Positions 56,501 to 62,465 of a stretch of DNA of 64,000 bases are shown one piece after another. The DNA comes from an uncultured Candidatus Saccharibacteria bacterium (GTDB lineage: Bacteria; Patescibacteriota; Minisyncoccia; Phycocordibacterales; Phycocordibacteraceae), in the NCBI GenBank assembly GCA_964546795.1, contig CAZJKG010000004.1, positions 18,994 through 82,993 on the forward strand, read 5' to 3'. The translations under genes and the position numbers were made by a program. The notes under the pieces are model-generated. The model searched no databases. It had not been told where the DNA came from and saw only the letters and a list, made by a program, of their open reading frames with translations. Numbering within the stretch: the first letter of the stretch is position 1; each line of letters begins with the position of its first letter.

Positions 56501-58592
56501 CGGGTACGTACACTTTGCACTCCGATGGCTCGCGGCAATCCGTGGCGGAGTCGGAAGAGACGATATGACCCGGACCCTGCGGCGTCAGAGTGATGGTGCG
56601 ACTCGGGACGTTGTATACGTTGAGATCGTAGAGGTCGGAATAAAAGTATACGTCTGTATCAGACGTAGCGGCTGCAGAGGTGCGGATGTTCCCTTCGACA
56701 TGCACCTTCACTCCAGTGACCCCTTCCCACGACCCGGTGATTTCGGGAATCCATTCGCCTATTTGTTTTTGTCCTGCAGCCCTTGATTGTTCAGTTTTAT
56801 TTATTTCTTGCCACACTCCCCCGATTTTCAAGAATGTGGTGATGGTATGGGTTGCTGTAATCGGAGCGTAACCGGGAAAGGCGATGTCGCTCCTGTGTCC
56901 GTTATAGGTTGACCCTATCTGACCCACCGGAACCGATTGATGGAAATCCAGTTCAACATCATAGGTGAAGTCGCAATGTCCCAGGGCAGCTCCCTTGATG
57001 CGGCAAGCGACTCGCTGAGATGTTCCTTTATTGTCATCTTTGACGTCATTGAGCGTGCCCGTGGTTGCATGATTCGTGCCGTTCGCGCTCCCGCTGATGG
57101 TTGTCTTGGGATCGATGGTGTAGTTGTGCGGTATGGTGGATCCTTTTGAAAATACGTCTCGTACCATGCTCACATCCAAGAAGTTCGCTTCAACCGACTT
57201 GCTCGCCTCCATGCTGACCGTGCAGGTGGTCGCGGTGCCGGAGCAGGCGCCGGACCAGTTCTGAAATTGAAATCCTCGATAGGGTTTTGCCGTAAGTGTG
57301 ACGGTGGCGGTTTTTTGATACTCCCAGCTGCATCTGGGTCCATACTCACCGGTACAAGAGTAATCGGGACCGGAAATAGATCCTGCACTTCGTATATTCA
57401 TCGAAACCAGCAGCACGGAAAGGCTTGTAAAGGTTGGTTGCAGGCCGATGTCATAGAGAGGTGAGGCCGTGACCGTGCAAGTTGGCAGGTAAACGTCCGA
57501 GCATCCCCAAAATCTCCAAAAAGATGTCCCCGGTTTCGGCGTTGCAGTGAGGGTTACTGACGTACCGGAAGGGAAATTAAAGGTGCACGTTGGCGGGCAG
57601 TTGATGCCCGCGGGAGAGGATGTAACGGTTTCTAATGAATTTTCACCGATTCCTCCTATATTTACGCGTCCGACATTATCAACAAACCAGGGATCGGCTC
57701 TAACGTCATACGATGCGGAAGTGAACGTGCAGGGCTTTGCCGCTCCGACACATCCAGGGTCGGGCCCTCGCCAATCGCGAAGGGTCTTGCCATCGTCCGG
57801 AATCGCCGTGAAGGTGATCGTCTCTCCGACGGGTACGTACACTTTGCACTCCGATGGCTCGCGGCAATCCGTGGCGGAGTCGGAAGAGACGATATGACCC
57901 GGACCCTGCGGCGTCAGAGTGATGGTGCGACTCGGGACGTTGTATACGTTGAGATCGTAGAGGTCGGAATAAAAGTATACGTCTGTATCAGACGTAGCGG
58001 CTGCAGAGGTGCGGATGTTCCCTTCGACATGCACCTTCACTCCAGTGACCCCTTCCCACGACCCGGTGATTTCGGGAATCCATTCGCCTATTTGTTTTTG
58101 TCCTGCAGCCCTTGATTGTTCAGTTTTATTTATTTCTTGCCACACTCCCCCGATTTTCAAGAATGTGGTGATGGTATGGGTTGCTGTAATCGGAGCGTAA
58201 CCGGGAAAGGCGATGTCGCTCCTGTGTCCGTTATAGGTTGACCCTATCTGACCCACCGGAACCGATTGATGGAAATCCAGTTCAACATCATAGGTGAAGT
58301 CGCAATGTCCCAGGGCAGCTCCCTTGATGCGGCAAGCGACTCGCTGAGATGTTCCTTTATTGTCATCTTTGACGTCATTGAGCGTGCCCGTGGTTGCATG
58401 ATTCGTGCCGTTCGCGCTCCCGCTGATGGTTGTCTTGGGATCGATGGTGTGATTGACTACGGTTGCCGCTCGAACGGCATGAGGAAGCAACAACACTATC
58501 GCGCTACACAATAAGAAAATAATTGTCTGGCGGATAAGGGAAACGGTCGCGAGCGCGTATGGCGACAAAGGAGCAATCGTGCTGGAGCGCAT
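44517..58592 (-). CDS. Giant (4691 aa) secreted repetitive surface protein: divergent InlB B-type Cys repeats, Tyr-rich YD/MORN-like region, transglutaminase-like domains, helical region, C-terminal Ig-like domains
   Basis: Single open frame; signal peptide; repeated G.V.S.P.GI.CP..C...F...V.L.A...F..W.G.C...C...M...K.V.A.F units; GGDCDD...GH..V...IEP. Confidence 0.85.
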   Translation of the reverse strand: MRSSTIAPLSPYALATVSLIRQTIIFLLCSAIVLLLPHAVRAATVVNHTIDPKTTISGSANGTNHATTGTLNDVKDDNKGTSQRVACRIKGAALGHCDFTYDVELDFHQSVPVGQIGSTYNGHRSDIAFPGYAPITATHTITTFLKIGGVWQEINKTEQSRAAGQKQIGEWIPEITGSWEGVTGVKVHVEGNIRTSAAATSDTDVYFYSDLYDLNVYNVPSRTITLTPQGPGHIVSSDSATDCREPSECKVYVPVGETITFTAIPDDGKTLRDWRGPDPGCVGAAKPCTFTSASYDVRADPWFVDNVGRVNIGGIGENSLETVTSSPAGINCPPTCTFNFPSGTSVTLTATPKPGTSFWRFWGCSDVYLPTCTVTASPLYDIGLQPTFTSLSVLLVSMNIRSAGSISGPDYSCTGEYGPRCSWEYQKTATVTLTAKPYRGFQFQNWSGACSGTATTCTVSMEASKSVEANFLDVSMVRDVFSKGSTIPHNYTIDPKTTISGSANGTNHATTGTLNDVKDDNKGTSQRVACRIKGAALGHCDFTYDVELDFHQSVPVGQIGSTYNGHRSDIAFPGYAPITATHTITTFLKIGGVWQEINKTEQSRAAGQKQIGEWIPEITGSWEGVTGVKVHVEGNIRTSAAATSDTDVYFYSDLYDLNVYNVPSRTITLTPQGPGHIVSSDSATDCREPSECKVYVPVGETITFTAIPDDGKTLRDWRGPDPGCVGAAKPCTLKPTLYDLTVNPWFVDNVGRISVYSSELGITTSSPSGIECPPTCTFNFPSGTSVNMTATPKSGSSLLTFYGCPDYSLSICTVTASPLYDISMQPIFTNLSVLTISQNIPNGGYVRLPSGHFCDLTRYNNKNCNFDFVKTATVTITALPHTNQFFKFKEWTGACTGTATTCTVSMESSKSVTANFVDARETFKSPFATPVLNYSVDPKTTVSGTITVSKSTEGTFADITDDKNETRHRVGCSIGGVTPTSCRFTYDAELDFHQSVPVGQIGSTYSGQYIHYGYNGSGGFKATGAVTITTSLKIGGVWREVRTIERSSSDDTMGGWVPEIIGSWEDVSGVKIHVDGQANVSAGSASGGIDIFSDIYDLNVFNAANRLVTITPTNFGSITLADSSEECRAPAVCRVRVPAGETLTLAALPDDGKVFRDWRGPDPGCVGHLNPCTLKPTLSDFTVTPWFVENVGKIRVGNLGDNAPGSVTSSPQGISCPPACEFDFPPGTSVNLTATPKPGISLLSFDGCPDASLSTCTVTTSPLYDIGLQPTFTNLSVLTISQNIPDGGYIGLSNGNGCDLTRYNNKYCHFGFAKTDSVTLTVRLTPGFQFQEWSGACTGTATTCTVSMEASKSVEANFLDMRKTLKVSLTGTGADSPEFRVYSDGRGGSIQCPHKCEDKFVPGAKVILYTTFTQPGLKLESFSSVCTQSNPYSSACLVIMDADKTVTANIAAVPTKTISVSVTGPGKVSSNGVYHGSEINCPPTCSAQYNPGEQLYLVPYPDPGESSNSIQGPCFVAPPPGQACLVKVDDNKSFSVIFGQGPKLTINVTGGGRIAYSDGKVSLTNCPSPEKPLVTTCVQRYAQNQRIMLEAPAKGGSHAEALTILGRSFSSWSGFCTGYSADCISLINQDSSVTANFDLTLTKTLNIEVQGDGHVSGPRGIDCPPTCSATFNVGTDVDLRAYNRSDTFYNWGGDCVGDESWFSRCVITLDGDKTAKAVFGSGKTLTLSMKLKPGESISGGILFQPGTLDGCSFNNGSGVEATSTCSVRFPPGTVTTATYNLGYNSQDGVSTQGRFLGWGGTCSGTTFPSCTITMDGDKTLDIYSKPIQIGEPISISVLVVGDGKVTSVPAGISCPPTCRALFPYSQYGSFTSQYLTETPLNDSVFLGWEASDYACYRTGWNAAQNKPGLWQYPNFSCVFSFSKDRFVKAKFGKTKLSVTLDGVGRVVSTPAGIDCPNVSCTAEFGNIGAVSLDAVETKGAFLGWSQPCLSALGPCKFPSAGSEFKVLASFSDKTYQASAPNRVLDPASTITGSQQFTGPAWSMPTDPVFSERYRNFSRVKDGIQGNQVGNYGLCLLLPSSPCSFTYEATVNFNKSVSLKSIKAIAPTEGMFFLSSPNYIANANFTITLSVFQSGAWKDVATYESPMRNNPIARQATDTKKQLEAVGSWEGVTQMRVRATGSGSLTTERFPDAKDEFNSSIVFALDELEAWGDTVSTLSLDAGSVVYLGSSGRIISDPLGMNCSWQGGGVGSVGGVGGVGGIRSDAPVCSTTFTTDNDVTLIMLPGSGYSDTVIWSWADIQDNSNYRYSTPSPCAEDAEQKTAHKKCTVKVSKNLQLAFDIGGAGSQPSDFSVVVNGSGHVTGKGINCPPVCSTPSFSKPSIVMVYPDAGGAFNGPNNGEYYCYGNRCGSLSGNRPVFNFTLRPSISIEGLTTEQGRVKSSPSGIDCPGTCSAVFPVGSLVTLTPVAEKGNSFIGWNGSECYPSTDLCTLKMDRSYLFRPLFASGVSELRVSVRGSGSVISNPSGITCSSGTCKGLFADDQLVTLASYANNRGRFIGWTGDCRGVGSCTVKVTRNRIPSVTAAFADVPADAPVIDITTPLRELVPSIELLPTPALTAPTEPAISAAPASKTFIRLDGTVAFINTYASNNISTSSLLSTTIFAPDGTTKTGEVFYGEQGSPEKEFNYGLDGVTKKDIRLYYPSGTIRKEIMRRGDRERYNRYDEQGKLQYSHVFNVQTNAYEWSKNYTYRPDGQLSDDLLYYDANRYEKHLYSYGADGTLASVRTYTQTPEPKYSFTETAYDANGKATGENTIISETQSPSTLLSSSKTKITNGQLSEKTLIDYVNGTYDSETVGLSLRNRQGAVRTYSLEDNELVYHTVPLYAGDTPQLRSQNTFFYTPTRLRSGAERLLYSAAGDVTSKTRYTYHPSGYLKTAEIDKYQTDGSLLSRGVYEYADTAAFTVLSYKGYSPAEELVSEVVFDGARASTIRYFDGEGKPWTEYRYTYSDDASTYTVSTYRIFNQESVLKRTVRYKLKGILPGQSDTAEEFTYQNPFVERDMGIKILESLGIPVSMSEQEALYQVTKNLLQSYKNRLETIGTDSAKDPQRQTAWLDATRRMVQAIYAIEYRAWGAAKSWTSDLDLETTAMAWTGQDQTGYFKGFYIMPGAVRMGSLHSAFIDMTDVASVNRMLRATSYDDMLAFERRHDIWDSTFEGPGLFIDANSSKTYHYNSTINNGRGGFFSLDEVNSYTDPSIALLLDQFEKDMTAKGVDLKAKSEIALIKEFYKYFYSLNLITYLFDTPSFDARYDNVQLPFQTLARKGGDCDDSAILVYALIRNLFLRVGNTDAANRVGTMSAFVNKAGPIVDRAGTGHASVGFKDTFGKLYFIEPLGLMKGLGATAGQITDSTDTVSPVTLGTYATGTNGIFGAYFLVQSFATPTGTQRFSIPPSINAIFPPSADPEGFVFWATPHFTLAGLQQTYGVPDFNIDYLKKLSTLNTYLEPFIEPVDKLGSNILLTQSHLASKSANDMAELVHDALYPSFVYDQNDTSDTWKSVRDTLQVNPDGTIASPIIGDSEDLAFVEASVLMNVLSKFYAAIGMPLQDALDFALTQVGLIGEKDYGGIKGNTHVDVGFITRTQNPDGDRIRLIDPKVKDVSDQLLLKAISEDKERFAFSADINGTTGIGFENWDAIRLAKKEDTSFSHFALNDILKQGENLFSPISSFAKGNTISRVAVNKLPAQNTFCSIVPRGVALNDVSDLSPAQTPGRSFSLGEGLNAVSQDCGGGLTLNPESQIFRILFPEFSGETGKDGVTRLLPLISVEDAQGKNFAVLDDVHIIPYDPNVGLLLADLKAELPQATSLRFNSAKTDTVVENVTAITENNAHAAELITIAFADANSQNVRYSVPSSILKVDGEIAANEALAAALLPTDINSIRSGEFSINLEIRLDEVQENLSNLYKESNSLKGIWLKENGLEGPRLIEIGNELNAMGRQYGRKYNLLTDDERINVSDRVGALKSEQAELRAIEFDKATEQLFSLEIVGKKSLVQDLDQRITDTEAGTAIRKAFNIPISDTRKQNLEDLKVARNVAANELVDLEFNWLLERGLVTPEMMEERQNISLKSELGLAPTQEVPHELEVRVSEINAVESAPSLEKLDVLSEQLPPLTAEAARELSDRTQANFPMLVDSVKIEDRTSLNIAQLAIRRFMLEADKALTAFNFNMVLEKIVDVMGPNDPNFPEFLQARIGQLSHDLGVIDAQIQAIDRNFVGAVAFHSSTIWNPPQGIERSELGLFSSTIVKLKSVTNFFCGCLESDHNKAIRFGAEATGLAINSVVDQTTISLNLQRGASLVGLALPGYVTGTVAAAFIGYVSGDQQLDYLGPAPIVDTTEPSSLQYAPPYSFIQDIPNIPSTAPIVTVTDQCFNLCNIVKPSGAVTMKPANSSFVGQQFCSSSPAGSCNDTTYYLGWTCNPGFIQSADNTSCESIIPPPSVLPTVTLSANQTTINQGESIILTWTSENADSCLASGSWSGAKTANGTFTETISNLQETATYTLTCSNQTGTVDDAVTVSVIESNYLLRSEGLFEVSRSGGTTSVVPKDVRVWGIAQGGFATTIVLSTELVPAVEGVTVTLEKDSFSPEEYAVGTVPVLHFAAGATLDPATTYVVRVTGLAAGITRSVDVPLTVKVLSGPPKFREISH
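56397..58450. repeat. 725-bp direct repeat (56397-57121 = 57726-58450)
   Basis: Offset 1329 nt (443 codons); identical protein and identical shadow-frame ORFs in the ORF track. Confidence 0.9.
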
Positions 58593-58705
58593 ATATGCCC
58601 TATATAATAGAGCATGTGCTTACTGCAAATAGCACTTATCCCCTTCTTACGCTCAATGTAGAACCGAGGTCGGTTATACTGGTCTCTATAATTACACATT
58701 CAAAT

Positions 58706-59113
58706 ATGTACAATATAAATAAATGGATTATCGTGGTTGTTGTTCTAATCATTGTCGGGGTTCTCGTAAACAAGTACGCTCCGGTGCCCGGAAGCACCAA
58801 TGAGAGCCAGACACTCTCGCAAAGCGCATTTCCTCCGCAAATAATCGAGATGACGAAAGACGGATTTAAGCCGGATAATATAGTGATTCCGGTGGGAACT
58901 GTCGTTCGGTTCGTCAATAGTGACACTTCCCCTCACTGGCCTGCCTCAGGAGTACACCCCACCCATGAGCTATGTCCTGGGTTCGACGCATTCCATCCGA
59001 TAATACAAGGCGAGTTCTACGAATTCACATTCAGGGAGGCAAAAATTTGTCCAGTGCATGATCACTTGAATCCCTCATTCACAGGGACGATAACGGTAGG
59101 AAATTTCCAGTAG
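58706..59113 (+). CDS. Membrane-anchored cupredoxin-like protein
   Basis: GFKPDNIVIPVGTVVRFVN, HWPASGVHPTH, HDHLNP..TGTITV. Confidence 0.75.
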   Translation: MYNINKWIIVVVVLIIVGVLVNKYAPVPGSTNESQTLSQSAFPPQIIEMTKDGFKPDNIVIPVGTVVRFVNSDTSPHWPASGVHPTHELCPGFDAFHPIIQGEFYEFTFREAKICPVHDHLNPSFTGTITVGNFQ

Positions 59114-59135
59114 ACAGCCGAGGGTGAAGTTAAGA

Positions 59136-59181
59136 CAAACAGAAGACCGTCCCGCTTAACAGCGGGACGGTCTTCTGTTTG
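59136..59181. terminator. Perfect 21-bp hairpin between convergent genes
   Basis: CAAACAGAAGACCGTCCCGCT-TAAC-AGCGGGACGGTCTTCTGTTTG. Confidence 0.7.
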
Positions 59182-59223
59182 CTATCCCGGCTTTGACCCA
59201 AAATGTCATTAAAAAGACAAAGT

Positions 59224-59472
59224 TTACTCAGTATAGAAATACTGCCGCAAATCATCTTCTGGCACGTATCGCGCGGCCTGTCGAAAAATGCCGACTACGG
59301 CACCAGTTTTTAATTCTTTATGTTTCGAAATGAGTAATACTTGTTTGTCGTATTGTCCGAAACGGACAAGCTTCACATGACTCCCTCGCTGGCTCTCGAT
59401 TGCAAAACCAAACTGTTTCAATATCTGAACGATATCCGATCCCGAAAGTCGCCTCGGTTTAGGCATGCGCAA
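59224..59472 (-). CDS. hicA: HicA family toxin
   Basis: FGFAIESQRGSHVKL...HKELKTG...IFRQA. Confidence 0.88.
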   Translation of the reverse strand: MRMPKPRRLSGSDIVQILKQFGFAIESQRGSHVKLVRFGQYDKQVLLISKHKELKTGAVVGIFRQAARYVPEDDLRQYFYTE

Positions 59473-59689
59473 GAGTAGGAAGTTCGAAATTTACTAGTAC
59501 TGATGGATCGGTCGCGAAGCCGAGTTTGGACAGATCTTCGTCTTCTACAAACAATCCGACTGCTTCCCGAATATTTTCGGTAAGTTCATCAAGGGTATCC
59601 CCCTGTGTGACAATGGGTACGTTCACACCCTCCGCGACATATCCCCCATCGCTTTCTGTAATCTGAAATTGAATAATATTCCTTTTCAT
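59459..59689 (-). CDS. hicB: HicB family antitoxin (short)
   Basis: GGYVAE...IVTQGDTLDELTENIREAV. Confidence 0.85.
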   Translation of the reverse strand: MKRNIIQFQITESDGGYVAEGVNVPIVTQGDTLDELTENIREAVGLFVEDEDLSKLGFATDPSVLVNFELPTLAHA

Positions 59690-59792
59690 AACGACGAGTA
59701 TAACATATTCAGAGTCAAAAACTACACTTCCTCACCTTGTTGTCTGTGTCGGAGGGTTGAGAGGCATGAAATTTGCTATGTAGATGGATGTT

Positions 59793-60188
59793 TTATTCGC
59801 TTGTGACGCCGTCGAAAGGCGCATCGTTCGCCATTGCATCGGCTTTGGTCTTGTGGATGAGACCATCTTTATGATCGGGCGGTGCATAGAGCGTATAGAG
59901 CTTCATCGCCTCGGTAGTGGAGGTATTGATAATGTTGTGGCGCGTACCCTCTGGCACGATGATGACTGAACCGTCTTTAATCGTGTGTTCAACGCCGTTG
60001 AGAACCGCCTTTCCTGTACCCTTTTCAATACGGATGAACTGATCAAGCTGATGCACCTCTTCCCCGATGTCTTCCAAGGGCTTCAGGCACATGACGACCA
60101 GCTGCAAATGTGTATCGGTATACAGCACCTCGCGGAAATAATCGTTGGCGATGGAGCGTTCTTCTATGTTGGTTATATATCCTTTCAT
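59793..60188 (-). CDS. Cupin-domain protein
   Basis: QLVVM.L...EDIGEEVH..DQFIRIE.G.G, VPEGTRHNIIN, LYTLYAPPDH. Confidence 0.9.
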   Translation of the reverse strand: MKGYITNIEERSIANDYFREVLYTDTHLQLVVMCLKPLEDIGEEVHQLDQFIRIEKGTGKAVLNGVEHTIKDGSVIIVPEGTRHNIINTSTTEAMKLYTLYAPPDHKDGLIHKTKADAMANDAPFDGVTSE

Positions 60189-60227
60189 ATCTCGGATTGT
60201 AGCACCTGCAAAACAAATTGTACTTCG

Positions 60228-60476
60228 TCAATTGCGGGTTTTGAAGAGTTTCTTTAGCTCACTACGTCCGCTTCCGCTTTTCCACCATAATTCTCGCGCT
60301 TTAGCTTCTTTCATAGTTGGGAACTCTTCGAGATGAAATATTTTAAGCGGACGACGATGCTTCGTCGCTGTGACTTGCCCAGCATTGTGTTGAGTTAGTC
60401 GCCGCTCGACATTATCGGAGAAACCAACGTAGGTACGTTTATCTTGGTCGCTCATCAAAATGTAAACGAAGTACAT
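60228..60476 (-). CDS. Small GIY-YIG nuclease
   Basis: MYFVYIL...TYVGFS..VERRLTQHNAG..ATKHRRP..ARE..WKSGSGR. Confidence 0.9.
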   Translation of the reverse strand: MYFVYILMSDQDKRTYVGFSDNVERRLTQHNAGQVTATKHRRPLKIFHLEEFPTMKEAKARELWWKSGSGRSELKKLFKTRN

Positions 60477-60627
60477 ATATTAACTCTAGCGTATTTTATT
60501 GCGACCACTTAAAGCGAGTTTCGCAACAAGCAAATGAGAAAGCCGCCTTTCGGCGGCCTCTCATTATTGAATCTTCATTGCGGGTCGCCTGTGGCGAACC
60601 TCGCAACAAATTTTCTCTGAAAATTTG

Positions 60628-60950
60628 TTGCGGGGGCCGGAATTGAACCGGCGTCTGGAGGTTATGCTTACCACTACAATTTTCATTGCCCTATGGTTTG
60701 TGGTCTGGACTATGCCTTCACCCCTTATCACTTTCAGTAAGAAAGTGGTAAAGGGTATCTACCGTCTAGTCTCTACACCTTCTCCTTGTCGCTTTCATCA
60801 CTGAAAGTGGTGAAAGTGACAAGGAGCTTGGCTCGGTGTTGCCTTTCGCATTGCGAGAGGGGTTCGCCGAATTTGGCAGATAATCTTATGCGCAATTACT
60901 CACGCACACGCCCGTGAAAGCCTCCCGAGGTACCTCTCCTCTACCCCGCG
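60628..60950 (-). tRNA. Initiator tRNA-fMet(CAT) split by an intron (exons 60919-60950 and 60628-60666)
   Basis: C1.A72 mismatch (CGCGGGG/CCCCGCA-A); joined anticodon arm GGAGG-CT^CATAA-CCTCC. Confidence 0.88.
60667..60918 (-). ncRNA. Group I intron (252 nt, IC3-like) at tRNA position 33/34
   Basis: U before 5' site, terminal G; AAATTCGGCGAA, CCGAGCCAAG, GTAGAGACTAGACGG, GAAGGCATAGTCC core elements. Confidence 0.88.
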
Positions 60951-61047
60951 AATGCAAGTATACACGCAAAAATATGCTCGGCAATACTATTTATAGAACC
61001 TGTGTATATCACAATAATATTCATATATAAGTGGTACCATATATACA

Positions 61048-61815
61048 ATGAAAATAATTGCGCGAGCGAAAGCAGAACTGTTAAGACATCAAGGAAAAAG
61101 TATCAAAGAAATTGCTCGTTTAGTTGACGTCAGTCAAGGTACCGCAAGTCGTTGGTGCTCTGGTATCAATCTTTCCCCAGAACAGCATCGCGAGCTTGAA
61201 AAGAAGCGGCGAGAAGCGGGTGCAAAAGCGCTTGCTCCTTGGATACGTAGGAATCGTGAATTGAAACAAAACGATATTAAGAAACAAAAACAGCAAGGTC
61301 GCCAAGATCTTGGTCGGATGACAAAAAAGGATTTATTTATACTTGGTCTTGGTCTTTACTGGGGAGAGGGATATAAACGCGGTAGTCAAGAATGGGGATT
61401 TACGAATTCGGACCCTGGAATGATAGGAGTCATTCTTGTATGGCTTCTCAAATATTATGACGTACCAATTGAACGCATCATCGCCCGACTCACGATAAAT
61501 CAACTTTATAAGAATCAAACTGAGCGTCTTATGAGCGCATGGGCATGCGAAACGGGTATCCCTCTTTCTCAATTCGGAAAACCAACTTTCATAAGCGGCT
61601 ACAACAATTCTAAATTGGATGAACGCACCTATCGAGGTACTCTCCGCATTAAAGTACATCGGGGAACATCACTTCGACGACGTATATTGTCGAGCATCGC
61701 CGAAATACAGAATCAAATCACTTTTAACTCGCGAAAGACGGATTCGAAGCGCGCGATAGTGCGGCGCGCAAGCGATTCTGAAAGATTGAAAGCAGAACCC
61801 TCGTGCGCTATCTGA
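61048..61815 (+). CDS. HTH + LAGLIDADG-like protein
   Basis: GKSIKEIARLVDVSQGTASRW HTH, LGLGLYWGEG, FTNSDP; 3' end overlaps the convergent gene by about 100 nt. Confidence 0.6.
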   Translation: MKIIARAKAELLRHQGKSIKEIARLVDVSQGTASRWCSGINLSPEQHRELEKKRREAGAKALAPWIRRNRELKQNDIKKQKQQGRQDLGRMTKKDLFILGLGLYWGEGYKRGSQEWGFTNSDPGMIGVILVWLLKYYDVPIERIIARLTINQLYKNQTERLMSAWACETGIPLSQFGKPTFISGYNNSKLDERTYRGTLRIKVHRGTSLRRRILSSIAEIQNQITFNSRKTDSKRAIVRRASDSERLKAEPSCAI

Positions 61816-62282
61816 TTACGCACTTTGTGCGCCTCCCAGGCGTCCTGGAGCGTCTTGAGGTCGGCCGGTTCAACGGCCTTTAATTTCTCGCCAACGCCAT
61901 CGCCCACGTAGCCATGCCTCGCCAATACGTCGTCTAACATGATGTCCGCCTCAATGATGGCCTCGCGCCACTCGCTCGCGCTCGTTCCGTTTATGAGCGA
62001 TTCAATGTGCTGCCAGCGTGCACTGACACTGCCCGTCTTCTCCGCCACAGGAAGGAGTGTGCTGTAATATTTTTCCTCGCGCTCCCGCAATTCAAAGAGA
62101 CGTACCGTCGCATAGACGATGACAAAGAGTCCGATAATGGAAAGGATATAGCCGATGACAGTAATCCAGATCCACACATGTGCGAGCGACGCAGAAAGTC
62201 CGGCCGAACCGAAGCATCCGCCATGGAAACAGTCGTAGATGAGACGGAACCAATATTCGACGTTGAGTTGATTGCCGGTCAT
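61713..62282 (-). CDS. Conserved hypothetical membrane protein
   Basis: TM plus WREAIIEADIMLD...GEKLK...AWEAHKVRNQIAHEG; TATACT 7 nt upstream of ATG. Confidence 0.75.
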   Translation of the reverse strand: MTGNQLNVEYWFRLIYDCFHGGCFGSAGLSASLAHVWIWITVIGYILSIIGLFVIVYATVRLFELREREEKYYSTLLPVAEKTGSVSARWQHIESLINGTSASEWREAIIEADIMLDDVLARHGYVGDGVGEKLKAVEPADLKTLQDAWEAHKVRNQIAHEGSAFNLSESLARRTIARFESVFRELKVI

Positions 62283-62465
62283 TCCCCCTAGTATAGACGA
62301 GAAACCCTAGGAGCCGCGCACTTTCTCCACTGCTTCGCTCCTCCGCTAAGAGCTACGAAGCTACGCAGTGCACAGCACTAACCTATAAGTATTCGGGGGC
62401 GTACTGATTGCAGCGAAACAGTGTCCTTTGAAGCATCGCTTCTTCGAGGGGCGTAGTAGGGCAAT

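Noticed and set aside
62311-62465. ncRNA after gatA (CTTCGCTCCTCCGCTAAGAGCTACGAAG region)
   Set aside because: Looks like a degenerate REP-like stretch, but I found no second copy or convincing fold in the window
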